From Mustelus asterias (taxonomy: Eukaryota), in assembly GCF_964213995.1 (NCBI RefSeq), contig NC_135802.1:18228001-18292000 (forward strand): a stretch of DNA of 64,000 nt, in the 5' to 3' direction. Below are positions 22,335 to 36,296 of the stretch, one piece after another. The notes under the pieces were generated by a model, which had not been told where the DNA came from, did no database searches, and saw only the letters and a program-made list of their open reading frames with translations. The translations under genes were made by a program, and so were the position numbers. Positions within the stretch are counted from its first letter, which is position 1. Each line of letters starts with the position of its first letter.

Positions 22335-23027
22335 CTGTTTTCCAAGAAAATTATAGGTATTACTGAGTGACATGCAAATGAGATAGGAGATTTCTACAGG
22401 TTCAATTTGGAAACCTTCTGTAGGAGGCATCCAAGAGCTGTTCACGACTTTCACCAATTTTTATACTTTACATCAATACATCCGGTTTCGTAACACAACT
22501 TGATGAAGCCAATTCACTATTCGGGGAATCTGCCACAAACCCATGACAGGCCAATTGCTAGTTCCAGTTAATATACCGTGGGATCTTACCAATGCATGAG
22601 AAACTGAGTCAGAGACGAGAAAAGAGTATCTGGCCTGTCAAAACAAGTACACAGCCTACCCTTAATGGCACCTATTGGGAAAATCCAGAGGTTTTTGCTT
22701 CTGTTCTATTTGATATACATTTCCAAAATTTAACTAGAAAATACATTTTCCCTCCTGCCACCTTCACTTCACTGCCTTACTCGCAGAATTTAAAGCTTAC
22801 ACTTCTCTGATCTTCGTTCCTGGGATTCTCACATCTTCAATTCTATTGCACTTTTTAATCTATCCCTGGTAAACTGAGGCCAGCCAAAACAACATGATCA
22901 GTACCCCCTATTTCACTAGAAAATGGCTTGGTATCATCCAACCTCTGGTCGACAGCAGAAGTCATAGTCAGTTTCTTCTCAGTGTCTGCGCTCAAATAAT
23001 CCTGGCCCAGCCCTTGCTCTGTAACAC

Positions 23028-23160
23028 AGTGTGAAAGACGTGCTGGTTAGGTACATTGACCCGGACAGGCGCCGAAGTGTGGCGACTAGGGGAATTTCAC
23101 AGTAACTTCATTGCAGCGTTAATGTAAACCTTACTTGTGACTTATAAATAGACTTTATTT
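23028..23160 (+). mobile_element. 3' part of a second SINE family (also 31487-31760 and 41045-41325)
   Basis: gacgtgctggttagg..attgacccg..tggcgactaggggaatttcacagtaacttcattgc shared by three copies. Confidence 0.8.
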
Positions 23161-23194
23161 TACAGCCTCTAGCTATCCTTCATTACGATAGAAA

Positions 23195-23735
23195 GTGAAC
23201 ATTAAAGTAAGGATGTCATGCTTTAGTTATATAGGGTATTGGGGAGACCACATCTCAAATGGTGTGTCCACTTTAGTTTCCTTATTGAAGCAAGGATATA
23301 AATGCATTGGAGGCAATATGAGGAGGTTTACTAGATTAATACTTGGAATGAATAGGTCATCTTATAAAGATAGGCTGGGCTTGTTTCCATTGGAATTTCA
23401 AAGAGTGAGGGACGATTTGATTGAAGTATATGAGATCCTGAACGGTCTTGACAAGGTTGATGTAAAGAACCAGGACTAGGGGGCACTGTTTTAAAATTAG
23501 GAGTTTCCCTTTTAGGACAGAGATGAGGAGAAATCTTTTCTCAGTTATGTGACTTTGCAACTCTGCCTCAGAAGGATTAATTGAATATTTTTACCACAGA
23601 AAGGCTTCTTGTTAGGCAAGGAAATCAAAGATTATCCGGGGTAGATGAGAATGTGGAATTTGAAATACAAACAGATCAGCAGAACAATTTTGAGGGGCCG
23701 AATGGCCTACTTCTGCTTCTAATTTGCACGTTCGT
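23195..23735 (+). mobile_element. Degenerate CR1 3' fragment
   Basis: RRFTRLILGM...DRLGLFPLEFQRVRDDLIEVYEILNGLDKVD; gggccgaatggcctac end. Confidence 0.8.
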
Positions 23736-23744
23736 ATCAAAACA

Positions 23745-24532
23745 TGTGTCATTTTCTGCCTTGAATAAATTCAGTGAGCCAGCATCCACTGCTTTTTTAG
23801 GTTCCACATACCAACAACCCTCAGAAAAAGAATGCTCCTGACCTCTATCTTAAAAGGGAGGCCTCTTATGCTTAAACTGTGTCCTATAGTTCTAGTCTCC
23901 CCAGGAAGTGGAAAACCCTCAGTATCCTCCCCTATCAAGTTCCCTCACAATCTTGTACGTTTCAATGTGATCACGTTCTTCTAAAATTTCAATGGGTACA
24001 GCCTAACCTGTTCAACCTTCATAGGAAAGCTCCTCATCCCAGGAATGAGTCGGGTAAACATTTTCTGAACTACTTCTAATGAAGTTGTATATTTTTTCAA
24101 ATCAGGAGACCAAAACTGCTAACAGTACTCCAGGTGTGGTATGATTAATAGTCTGTACGATTAGAGCAAGACTTCCTACATGTATATTCCATTTCTTTTG
24201 CAATAAAAGCCAACATTCCATTTGTCCTAATCACTTGCTGCACGTGCATACTAACTTGTTGTGAGTCATGTGCCAGGATGGCCAGATCCCTCTGCATTGC
24301 AGAATTCTGAAATTTCTCTCTTTAAATAACATGCCGCTTTTCTATGCTTCCTGCCAAAGTGGGCAAGGTCACATTTTCCCACATTACACTCAATCTGGTT
24401 ACTTCTTTTGTCTATATTCCTTTGCAGACCAACTCCTCTATGCAACTTACTCTGCTACCTATCTTTTGTCATCGCCAAATTTAGCTACCATACATTCAGT
24501 CCCTTCATCCAATTAACTGATGTAGATTGTAA
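23745..24532 (-). mobile_element. Degenerate CR1 RT and 3' fragment
   Basis: Reverse complement shows remnants of YINxLDEGTECMVAKFGDD and WQEAxK CR1 motifs. Confidence 0.7.
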
Positions 24533-24747
24533 GTGATCAAGCCTGAACTTTAGTTTGTGCCTAATTGGAGTGTCTTGTATCCCAAGCTAGGCAGTCTAAA
24601 TTCAGCTTATTTTTCTGACCACTAGACAGTGATGACTGCTATAAAGGAAGCATACGCAGATGTCAACTGAAGATGGAAGCAAGCTTTGCTGCAATGCTTT
24701 CATTGGTAAATGCCCAACCATCACCATCACATCTCATTCTGGTGAAG

Positions 24748-25143
24748 CATAAGAACATAAGAAATAGGAGCAGGAGTAGGCCATCTAGCCCCTCGAGCCT
24801 GCCCCGCCATTCAATAAGATCATGGCTGATCTGAAGTGGATCAGTTCCACTTACCCGCCTGATCCCATTAACCCCCAATTCCCTTACCGATCAGGAATCC
24901 ATCTATCCGTGATTTAAACATATTCAACGAGGTAGCCTCCACCACTTCAGTGGACAGAGAATTCCAGAGATTCACCACCCTCAGAGAAGAAGTTCCTCCT
25001 CAACTCTGTCCTAAACTGACCCCCCTTTATTTTGAGGCTGTGCCCTCTAGTTCCAGTTTCCTTTCTAAGTGGAAAGAATCTCTCCACCTCTACCCTATCC
25101 AGCCCCTTCATTATCTTATAGGTCTCTATAAGATCCCCCCTCA
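24748..25143 (-). mobile_element. Young 5'-truncated CR1
   Basis: ORF 24947..25144 RGDLIETYKIMKGLDRVEVERFFPL; (TTCTTATG)n tail. Confidence 0.92.
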
Positions 25144-25381
25144 TTTAGATAATAATCCAATTATTATTAATAATCCAATTTGCTATTATTTCTTCCAAAG
25201 TGAATAACCTCGCATTTGTTAACGTTATACTCCATCTGCCAGATCCTCGCCCACTCACTCATACTGCTGCTGGTTCCTCTGGAATTATGCAAATCCTCAA
25301 CTTTATGACAGAAGGGGAGAAAATTGGAGTGGGGAAGGAAAGTGCAGATCAAGTATTTCACTTCCAAATCTGGCAATTTAC

Positions 25382-25450
25382 CTGGTTCTTTCGTCTTTAC
25401 AATAAATTGAGGTGTTACCAAAGATAACTCAGTCCCTTCTGAGGTAGTCA
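25382..25450 (-). CDS. KMT2C: KMT2C exon (~22), 69 nt, phase 1/1: (V)TTSEGTELSLVTPQFIVKTKEP
   Basis: Acceptor tttcttttgtcccag, donor CAG|gtaaat. Frame-compatible and positionally matches human ...ESSLVAQIVTKVKEL. Confidence 0.87.
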
Positions 25451-25639
25451 CTGGGACAAAAGAAATTAAAAACCTGTTAGCATATTTGTATTTTCTTACA
25501 GTCACTCAGACTGAATTCAGCACAAAGTTATCAAAAATGATCAAGTTTTTGTTTACAAGTCCAAGTTCCAAGTTACAATTTTAAGGCTTTTTAAGAAAAA
25601 AACCCATTAAGCAAACTGGTTTAAAATTGCAACTTTTAC

Positions 25640-25749
25640 CTGGAGAGGCCATTGCATATTGCCTACATGTGAAACAGTCATAGCCATTATCCGCTGCGGT
25701 CTCCACTTCATCTTCTGTGTTCAGGTTCTGGCAAATAGCATGAATCCAT
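25640..25749 (-). CDS. KMT2C: KMT2C exon (~21), 110 nt, phase 2/1, end of PHD6: WIHAICQNLNTEDEVETAADNGYDCFTCRQYAMASP
   Basis: Within ORF 25581..25766. Acceptor ccttattttctag, donor CAG|gtaaaa. Confidence 0.96.
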
Positions 25750-26489
25750 CTAGAAAATAAGGACAATCACAAATCAGATGTTGAAAAAAAGTATTGTAGA
25801 ACAGGTATTTATATTGTGTCAATGTCCGTAAACATCCAAAGGGAATACACAAGGGAGAAATGGACACAGACCTGACTTGTACACATTTCCACTCTCAACC
25901 CCTCACTGTCAAAATAAACACAGTTCTGGAGCCAGTAGAATTGGCCGTTTTTCCAGTGCTTCCCTTTTCTCATTCATGTCAGTTGACCAGGCCAGAATAT
26001 CTGATTTCATTAACGGGGACAAGATGGACTGTCTGGCACTGGGGGAGTGAATGGCTGAGGGGTATGGACAACTATGAGGGGACAAGAGGGAAGGAGTAGT
26101 GAAAGAAATGGGTGGCAATGAACAGCAGTGAAGTGGAGAAGGAAAGGGTAGAAGCTGGCAATGGCACCATTGTGGAGAACGACACCATTCTTTCAAACTC
26201 AGAGTGTACAGGCCTAAACTGCTCAATCTCTCTTCACTATTGTAGTGAATCACAGTATCGGTAGTGGAGGGAGTAATTTATGGATGAGGTGCCAATTAAG
26301 TCAGGTGTGTGATGGCTTTGCCCTGGATGGTGTTGAGCTCCTTAAATGTTGTTGAAGCTGTATTCATGCAGACAAGTGAAGAGTATTCCATCACACTTCT
26401 GCCTTGTAGATGGTCAACACATTTTGGGAGTCAGGAGATGAGTTACTCACCACAGAATTCTATCCTTTGATCCCCTTTCTTATTTAGGC

Positions 26490-27200
26490 ATGAATGATGC
26501 TTCTTTCTCCTACAGTATCTTTTACACTGATATTATCTTTGCTAAGAGTTAACTGTATCTCTACTGTCCTACCTTTTAACCTAGTTTCCCAGTTCACTTT
26601 AGCCAACTCTGTCTACATAGCCATTTACTACCTTTATTCATGTTTAAATGACTACTCTTTGGACAACACTCCTTGCCTTCAAACTGAATATGAAATTCTA
26701 TTATGTTATGATTGCTGTGACCTAGGAGGTTCCTTCGCTATGAGATTATTGATTAATACTGTCTCACTCCACATTACTAGGTCTAGAATAGCCTGCTCTC
26801 TGGGTGGTGGTAGGATGTACTATTCTAAAAAGATTTGTCCCAAATATACTCTATTAATTCATTTCTTGGCTACCTTTGATAATCTGATTCACCCAATCTA
26901 CATGTAGATTAGAATCACCCATGTTTATTTTGGTACCTTTCTTACACCCTCCACCACCATGTATTTCTTATTGTATGCTCTATCCTACAGTGTAATTACT
27001 ATTAGGGGCTTGATAAACTACCCCTGCAAGTGACCTCTTACTTATCTCTACCCAAATTGATTCTACATCTTGCTCTTTGAAACAAGGTCATTTCTCCTCT
27101 TTGTACCTAATTAACAGAGCTAGCACACCAGTTTTTGTTGGCTTCCTAGTCAAATCTCCTCAATATTCAAGGTTCCAACCTTGGTCATCTTGCCTAGCCG
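26490..27200 (-). mobile_element. Degenerate CR1 endonuclease-region fragment
   Basis: Reverse complement retains GDSNLHVDW, EQAILDLVMWSETVLINNLIAKEPPRSQQS-like AP-endonuclease remnants. Confidence 0.65.
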
Positions 27201-27834
27201 GTAATGCGCACATCCCAGGAGTGAATTAAAAAAACCTTTGAATAAATAATGACCTATTTCAATTGTTCAAAACTGAAAATGCATTTTTTGTGAAACTACC
27301 CATAATGTGTTTAAAAAAAAAGTCTTCCAGGTAGCAAAGCCTTAAACTAATTCAAAAATGCATCAAATAGTTTATGATTTCAGTGTGTAGGTACTTAAGG
27401 TTTCATCCCTACAAGTGAAGCATTTAGCAACAAATAAAATGCAAAGCCATGTAAATATCTGCTTTCACACATCACTGGTTCACAATTAGGTTCATTCTTC
27501 AGCTGCTGTCTATTCAGGACTCCTGTCGGCTATGGCTTAAGTTTCTAAATTGGCATGTGTCTTATTAAGGAGTACGAGAGCAATGTATAAGATCTTCTTA
27601 AAAGGCTGGAACTATCCAATTGACTGTTCCAAGCATTTCATATTCCCTTCTGTCCTATTCTTAACTTTGAAATGAGTCACAGCTACATCCTGAAGATGAA
27701 TTTCAAGTTGGGACAGGGTTCATTATCGTAATGATTCTTTTCTTTTTATTCAGTCACGGATTGTGGGTATCACTGGCAAAGCCACCATTCGTTGCCCATT
27801 CCAAAATGGCCTTCAACTGGACATTTCAGAGATA

Positions 27835-28035
27835 AAGTAAAATCGCCATAGTCCCAGATGTCCAGTGATTGCTGCCCCCTCTGAGGAGGAGAGCTGATTG
27901 GTAGTGATTTGACCTGATGACAGCACACCTTAGGCGAGGAGCAAGGTTGAGAAGGCAGGCCGATACAAGAATTGAACCCACGCTGTTGGTGCTGTTCTGC
28001 ATCACAAGCCAGCCATCCAATCACTGAGCTAAACA
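27835..28035 (-). mobile_element. tRNA-derived SINE (family shared with 42190-42435), nested in an older repeat (about 27745-28260)
   Basis: Reverse complement begins gtttagctcagtgattggatggctgg...gggttcaattc and ends ggactatggcgattttac. Confidence 0.7.
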
Positions 28036-29569
28036 GTTAAGAGTCAACCACATTGCTAGAGTCACATGTAGGCCATGCCAGATAAGGACAGCAGATTTCC
28101 CCCCTTAAAAGGACATTAGTGAACTAGGTGGATCTTTATGACCGTCACCATTAGGACTAGCTTTATATACCAGATTAATTTAATTTAAATTCTATCAGCT
28201 GCTGTGGTGGGATTTGAACTAATGCCCCCAGAGCATTAGCCTGAGCCTCTGGATTACGAGCAAATAATTCAAACTCTTTGTTTTTTCATTCACATTTTTC
28301 TATGTACAGAAACAATAACATTTACCATTGGCCTACCTCACAATTGAAAAGCATTTAATAGCTTTGAACACACAAAACATGTAGGCTTGGCCAAAGAATA
28401 CCTTCCATAAAGGACAATAGTGACCCAGATGGGACTTTACAAGAATTCTGCTGATTGCAGGTTCACCCATTACGATGCTAGATTTTTATTCCAAATTTAA
28501 ATTCCCTCCCCCATTTGCAGCTGTAGTATTACTAGATATTGTTCCAACTTCTAATTTAATGGACGATTTTAGAGAAGTGTGGGGAGAAACAGGTGGGCTG
28601 TCGCCAAAACCACAATTTCTCGGTTGAAGGTACAGCAACTGGAGTTTAAGCAGTTAAAAAGTAAGTTGCTTGTCCCTTTGCTGCATCCTTAAGACAGCAA
28701 GTAGTTCAAATGAATGAACAGGAGTGCACAAGCTGTAATTGTAGATAGTTAGGCTAATGGAAGAGAAAATTGTAGACGCAAATTAAACTGGTGCCCTCAA
28801 TTTAAGTAATAATAGATAGCTGCTTCCACTATACTGGAGAAGGTAAAGGCAACTGAAAGACAAACCCGTAGGTCAATTGGTTCACTGTATTCAATTCTAG
28901 AATCCAATGTTATTTAATACCACCATTTACCCACCAACTCTGACACAATTTGACTCATTAGTTTGTTTTTCTGGTCCTTCCAGATTGTAAAAATCATCCA
29001 GCACAAGTAGTGGTTGACCTCTCATCACAAAGGGTTACATAGATTCTATTTCTGTACTGTAAATCCTAAGTTGGACGTGGGGAGCATGGCAATGAGATGT
29101 CTGAATTAGAGAGGTCTTCCAGGGCTTACAATGTAGGTTGATGAGAGAAGAACGGAAAGCATTATGAACGGAACATCTTTGGTGGCTGATATCTCGAACA
29201 AACACTATATGGTCCAAGTGATCCTTGCCGGTTTTTCTGCTCCACTCAAACCTATTCCCAATTATTCTCATACTATTCATTTCAACTATTCCCCACATTA
29301 GTGAGTTCCACATTCTTACTGCTCTTTGGGTAGTTTCTCCTCAACTCCCTACTGGATGGCTTTGCAACTATCTTATATGAATGGCCTTTAGTTATGCCCT
29401 TCTTCACAGGAGGAAATATTCTCTCTGAATCTGAATCTCTGTCAGCCTTCACCTCCCCTCCACCCTCCCCCAACATCTTCTAAGGAATAAGTGACCTCGC
29501 TATTCTTCCTACCAGAATGTACTACCTCACATTTATCTGTATTGAACTTAATTTATCACAGAATAGCGT

Positions 29570-29878
29570 CATAGAATAGAATCCCTACAGTGCAGAAGGA
29601 GGCCATTTGGCTCATCGAGTCTGCACACAGCAATCCAACCAGGCCCTATTGCCGTCACTCCACATGTTTATCCTGCTAGTCCCCCCTGGTACTAAGGGGC
29701 AATTTAGCATGGCCAATCAACCTAACCTGCACATCTTTGGAGTGTGGGAGGAAACCACAGCACCCGGAAGAAACCCACACAAACACAAAGAGAATGTGCA
29801 AACTACGCACAGACAGTGGCTAGAATTGAACTTGGGTCCTGGTGCTGTGAGGCAGCAGTGTTAACCACTGTGCCAGCA
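29570..29878 (-). mobile_element. HE1-type SINE
   Basis: catagaatagaatccctacagtgcagaagg tail and ...aaccactgtgcca head on the plus strand. Confidence 0.85.
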
Positions 29879-29924
29879 CTATTTACTGGCCACTACTTTA
29901 TCATTCAGTGCAGTCACTGGGAGT

Positions 29925-30225
29925 AGAATTATAGAGGTTTACAGCATGGAAACAGGCCCTTTGGCCCAACTTGTCCATGCCGCCCCTTTTTTTAAACCCC
30001 CAAGTTAGTCCCAATTGCCCGCATTTGGCACACATCGCTCTATACCCATCTTACCCATGTAACTGTCTAAATGCTTTTTAAAAGACAAAATTGCACCTGC
30101 CTCTACTACTACTGCTGGCAGCTTGTTCCAGACACTCACCACCTTCTGCTTTTGAAAAAATGGCCCCTCTGGACTCTTTTGTATATCTACCCTCTCACCT
30201 TAAACCTATGCCCTCTAGTTTTAGA
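29925..30225 (-). mobile_element. CR1 3' end, same family as 17181-20310 and 37850-38525
   Basis: Reverse complement aligns by eye with 38240-38522 and the 3' end of the long CR1. Confidence 0.9.
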
Positions 30226-30839
30226 ATATATGAAGCTCAGGTCTATTCAAACTTTGCTCTGCTATAATTATATGCACACAGAATTTTTTGCTGCAAAATA
30301 ACTCAAGTCAATTTATGTTTTTTTAATAAGCAGAAAGTGATAGAAATGCAAAGGTCAGTCAATAGCTGCATGAGCAAAGATGTTATGATAATTGATGAAG
30401 TGCTTGCACTCAAATTGCGGTAACATGCTCTTTCCTCTGTAAAGATGCCGACTGATCAGCTGTGTATTTCTCACATTTTCTGTTTTTATTTCAGATTTCC
30501 AGCAGTTGCAGCTTTACCTTTTATTTTGCAGTCTCTTTTCCGATATTGGTGTTCATTCCACCACTTTCAGAAAGAACAATATTTTATATCTGATTCTGTC
30601 AAGGAATGTCAACACACCTTTCATGTGGCAAGTGCCCTGTTTAGCTCAAATGTCTTACTCTATTGACACGAAGATACAGCAATGGACATTTCTGGACTAG
30701 TTTTTTGACAGCATCCTTTGTTAATGATGTATGTAATTTATGATGTATGTAATTATAGTTATGTACTCATTATAATTCATCGGTCTCAGTTTACCACTTC
30801 ATACAGTCCATACGCTAGAAATATATTGGATGCACCCAC

Positions 30840-31004
30840 CTGTCACACTGCCGGCATTGTATGATAAGCTCCTCCTCCCTGTAGTTCTTATTGCAGACTG
30901 GGCAGACAGCCAAGCTGGCACAAGGAGCACACTGTGTATAATTGTTCTGCCATTCACACTTGAAACCAGGTGAGGTTGCCCCACACTGCATGCAAGAAAC
31001 ACAC
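30840..31004 (-). CDS. KMT2C: KMT2C exon (~20), 165 nt, phase 2/2: CVSCMQCGATSPGFKCEWQNNYTQCAPCASLAVCPVCNKNYREEELIIQCRQCD(R)
   Basis: Acceptor ctcttaattttgtag, donor AG|gtgggt. Contains the conserved CEWQNNYTQCAPCASL. Confidence 0.97.
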
Positions 31005-31486
31005 CTACAAAATTAAGAGAAGGCTGATTGCAACACAAGAATATGGTTGACCTCAGCAGACAGATCTTGAAGAATCTTTCAATGGTCCAGTGCTTAAGGA
31101 TTGAATAGTAAATACAAAAAAGGTTAGATATCCCAGAAACAGCAATAACTTAAGCAAAGAGTTGCTTTTGGAGAAAGAAAACCATTTTCTTGCCACTTCA
31201 TCTCCAAAAAATTGGTTTTAAGAAAGAATAGTCAAACATTTTAAACTCACAATCGCGATATAAATAACATCCATATAGTTGTACTTAAACCAAATTATGA
31301 GGAACATTTGTCATTAGATCAACTTTGTTGATTAATACATATTAATTTTAACAGGACAGAAAGTGAGCACAACATGAAAACTAGTGGGTTACGATTTATA
31401 AGCAAATTGAGAGCTTCCCAAAGCTAACTTCTATCTTGTTGCTAAGTTAAATAAGCCTTCAGTGGCCTTCATAATGGATTCTTGTG

Positions 31487-31760
31487 GGGCGGCACGGTGG
31501 TTAGCACTGCTGCTTCACAGCGCCAGGAACCCAGGTTCGATTCCCAGCTTGGATCACTGTCTGTGCGGAGTTTGCACATTCTCCCCGTGTCTACGTGGGT
31601 TTCCTCCGGGTGCTCTGGTTTCCTCCCACATTCTCAAAGACGTGCTGGTTAGGTGCATTGACCCGAACAGGCGCTGGACTGTGGCAACTAGGGGATTTTC
31701 ACAGTAACTTCATTGCACTGTTAACATAAGCCTACTTGTGACACTAAAAAATAAACTTAA
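31487..31760 (+). mobile_element. Full-length SINE of the second family (HE1-like head, different tail)
   Basis: gggcggcacggtggttagcactgctgc head, B box ggttcgattcc, tail ...cttgtgacactaaaaaataaactt. Confidence 0.85.
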
Positions 31761-33576
31761 CTTTTGTCTCTCAAGTTGAAAGATAATTGTTTAACACAAA
31801 ATATCTACACTATTTAGAAATAAAAATCAAACTCGTCTTTAAGTACACCTTCATTTTTAATATTTTCAAATATTTTGTACCTGAATGTCAGAGTATTATT
31901 GCAAGTTCATTTAACTTGCTTGATATTGCAGTGTAACCTACTGTGCATGAGAGTATGTCCTGGCCAATTACAAGCCCATGACCAATCAGAAGGAAACAGC
32001 AGACTCACTCCAAAGTTTTAATTCAAAAATATCTCATCAACAGCCCCAAATAACATGCTCCCAAGCCCAGCTGAAAAGGACTCGCGAAAAATAATCAATC
32101 TCAGTTTCCAGACCCAGTTACTTCCCAATTAACTATCCTTGAGAATGAAACTTTGTTTATTACAGACTTCTGAAGCAGAATTGTAGGGTCAGGAATCTGT
32201 TATTTACTTCTCTACAATACTGAGAACTCCAGGGCTCACACGCTTCCAAAAATAAAGTGATGGTGCACAGAAAACAAACATTTCTTTTACTGAAAAACAC
32301 TTAAATTAAAGGGTACGGGTAATGTCTGTAAGCCCGCAGTGTTGGCAGGGGAATTCCTGGATTTTGGAGAGAACTAGATTAGGAATCGGCCAGAGCTGAG
32401 GGGAGTACTCCATTGCCAACAGTGGAGAAAATAACTACTACAGGCCTCACTGAATTACAACTAGCAAATCTTCATTTGTCTCACCATCATCCAGCCCTAT
32501 TTCCTCAATGTACTCACTCCCTCTCTGTTTGGGAACCTGTGACATAGAAGCTCATGTTTCCAAAGGAGGAAGTAGTTATTCCTGTGGCTCATCCTTTCGA
32601 CCCAAAGTCAACTGGATCAATGTCTTCTTGAAGGAAAGCACAAGATAGATTTTAACCTGCACAACTACTTAAGAGCACCCTTATTGCCAATTATGTTGAA
32701 GTGTGTACAAGCTATATGAATTAGAAACAGCAATTCTTTATGCCAATAATTTCCTATCTGCTCAACAATTTGACTTTACCACAAATTGGTCCACCTCTGG
32801 CACACAACCTCATGCCCAAAATGTGAACAATTTGGTTGATGCCAAGCACAATAATTTGCTCCACATCAGATATTTCCCCTCACTTAAAAACGCGCCTGTT
32901 CCTCCAGCTTGCACATCCCCAGGTAACTATATCTCTCCTGTCAAAAGCACCAAATGTAACTGTTGCAACACGAAGAGCCCAGTTCCACACTTTCCTCCCA
33001 ATCTGTAATCAATCAGACTTCATTCTTCACTAAAGTTACTTTAGTTGCACCCTCTATGCTACCTGTATATATTAATATAAAGATCGGCGCAAAAGCCTTT
33101 GCTTTGGTAAATTCTGCAATGCCTCCATTAAACTTGCTACCTTTCTCTGGTGTTATTTCAGGCACATCTGTTGAGAAGGTGAAAATTATATTGATAGTTT
33201 TCTTCAACTGCAATACTGAAATGATTTTCAATTAACCTTTTGAAATATTTGTGCTGAGTTTCATCAACATTGAGTTTGTCATTTCAAATTGTCAGCAGCC
33301 TAGATTTATATACACCTGACCAAATTAGTAGGCTTCTTTATAAAAGTCTAATTTTTAAAGAAACTAGTAATGCCCCACTGCTGCAATTCATGTTTGTGTC
33401 GACCTTCACTTTACCAATATTATTTTATTCAATCATATCCCAATTAGAAATTTCTCAGCATGGATATACAATTATCCAAATAAGCTATATACTGCCTGTT
33501 TTACTGTTATTGCTTTAATATGCATTGTTTTCAACTATACTTTGACAAGAATAATCATCTTTCCTAATGAACGTAC

Positions 33577-33758
33577 CATCGGCATTTCCAGCCACCTTTC
33601 GGGACTGTCTGTAAAGGTGGATCCAAGCAATAGGTGTGATAGCTGATGTCACAATCATCACAGAGAAGCAAACGACCTGGATCAGAGGCTTTCCCACAGG
33701 ACTCGCATACTGTACATTCTAGACATCGCCAGCCTTTACTCAGCACCACTTTGGTGAT
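33577..33758 (-). CDS. KMT2C: KMT2C exon (~19), 182 nt, phase 0/2, PHD4 end and PHD5: [60 protein letters not shown](W)
   Basis: Within ORF 33564..33785. Acceptor ttttttcttctcctgcacag, donor TG|gtacgt. Complete C4HC3 PHD pattern. Confidence 0.98.
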
Positions 33759-36296
33759 CTGTGCAGGAGAAGAAAAAAGTCTCAATGCTTATCCTCCACA
33801 TCAAGTTTACGTTGCAGTCTACACCCTCAGCCTATTGACTAGAAACATGAGGCAGTACCTAGTAGAAGAGTAGACCCTGGTGCATTGCTATCATTCATAA
33901 GCTAGCCATCCACACATTATAAGCACCAATTTGAAAATATTTCTATACTCACTGTCTGTAGCTAAATATATTAGCACTTGAAAGGTGAAAAAAGCTGCTC
34001 TATTAGCAGTTAAGGCTAACAAATGGCTAACCCTGTTTGACAAGAATCAGAAGTAAGCTATATATATGGAAAATCCTCTGTAGCAAAGAATACTGCCAGA
34101 GAAAATTTTAAACATGCTAATTAAATAAACAGGAAAAAATATTTGCAAGTACATCTAGAAATGCAATCATACCAAGTGCACTAAATATTTCAGGTTCAAT
34201 CCCTGACTTATACTGAGACAGTTAACCTTAACCAGGGCTGCAAGGGAATCAATGCAGTTGACCTCCGAATCCTCTGAATTGTCAGCAGAATTGTACCTTG
34301 GCATAATACGTCACCTTCAGAAGGAGACTGTGGTTTCAATGTTGCCAGGGGAAGGAGAGGGGAGGGTTGCGTTGTTAGAAGATGTCACACTTAGAGCTCC
34401 CAGATCTTTACCTAGGCAGCATAATCACACTGAGTCAGCACTCACAAGTGCTAGAATGGCATGGCCTGAACCTCCCCTTCCAGGCTGAGGGCGATAATTG
34501 AATATGCAAGACCTGGGCATTCATTTATTTGAAGGTTGTTCTGGAAGATGGTCTCTGCATCCTGCTTTCATGTAAACTGTTTACTACCCTTCTCTGATCT
34601 GTCAGTTTCTGTGGTTCTTAAAAATCAAGATCAATCTACATTCTTCCTGTCTTCATTAACGAGTAGGAGCTGGATGAAATATGGGAGGTGTAACTTTTAA
34701 ATGAATAATGAATTGAGGTTTTTGATGTGACTGTAGAGATTATACTTTGGTTCTGAAATCTTTGGCTTTGATCTCTGAAAAATAGGATTGACTTTTACAT
34801 GGGCTTTATGAAAAAACATTTTTTTAGGCCAAAAACCATGGGTTAGATTTTTACACGAGTTCATGTATACAGTATAAAAGAAAAGGCCTTCTCTGCAAGG
34901 CAACATCAGAGCAGTATTATCGAGGGCTCAATGAAGATATTTTCAGTCAGCACTTCTGATTCAAAGCAGACGTTGAGATACCAAAGATGCTTTGGAAAAG
35001 CAGAATGTTTGCAACTTAAGTTGAGACCTAAAGAGCTATGTAAGTTTCACAAAGGAGGCCATTCGGCCCAGTCCCCCTCTACTGGCTCTTTGATAGAACC
35101 ATCCAAAGCAAATCCTGCAGCCTTCCTCCTCTCCCATCCTTGTATCTTCCTCTGCTACAGCCATATACCCAAATTCCCCTTCTGCCAGGGAGATAATTAA
35201 ATTCATCAATTAGTTAATCTCTTAAAGAAACAGCATACAACCAGGGGAATGCAGCAATTAGTGTTGCCTGTATTAGCTGAACAAATCGTGAAGAGTGTTA
35301 ACAAATTCTTCCCTTGTTTTACTAGACCGATCTGTGTGTAGTGCTAAAGAAAATTACATGCAGCAATAAGATTCGCAACTTTCATGGGCGAGGTTGGCTT
35401 TAATAAATTCTCCTCTTTCCTCAGATGGTGATTCATAATTACTTCAGTTGCAGACGACAAATCTGATTCAATTTTCTCACTATCTAATACTCAGGTATGA
35501 AGATATTGATTCATGCAGCAAATATCAAATGTTGATCATAAACTGAAGTGTGCTTCCTGTCAGGGAGAATGTCTCTTCATCTCAATTACCAAGGGCAGAT
35601 GTGGGGAGTGTTGCTGAAAGGCAAACTAACATTTCAGTTTGTAAATAAGCACGTTGTCAAAACTTACAGATTAAATGCTGGACTCATTTCACTCCTTCCT
35701 CAGCAGTTCAAGATAATCAATTTTTAAAATTCAGAATATGAAAAAGATATATCTATTGAAAATCAATAACTTGCAGTCCTACTGCAACAAGTTTTGCTAA
35801 AAATTGTAAAGGGTTCCAGAGGAGCAATGTCAAAGGTGAGGGTCATTTTGTGATGATTAGAGGTCGGAAAGTTGAGACTATTCTGGGACCGGGAAGGATA
35901 AAATAGGACGTAATAGAGATTTTCAAGTGAGAGGTTTTAATAGGACAGGTAAATATAAACTATTCCCTCTGGATCAATAAATAATCAGAAATCATAGATT
36001 CAAAATAATTGGCAAAACATTTAGAGGGAAGATGAGAATTCTTCCACTCAGTTGTAGTGATTTTCTTTTTTTTAAAATTTGTTCACGGGATTTGGGTGCC
36101 AATGGCGTCATCCCCAACTATTCTCAAGAAGGTTGAGGTGCTGAAGTCTGTGTGAGGACATTCCAACAGCAATTATACTCTGTCATAGCTGGTTGGTTCA
36201 ACTGGGTGGTTTGACAGGACATCTCAGAGGACAATTAAGAGCCAACCACATCACTGTGGGTCTGGAGTCACATAGAGGTCAGGCGTTTTTACAACA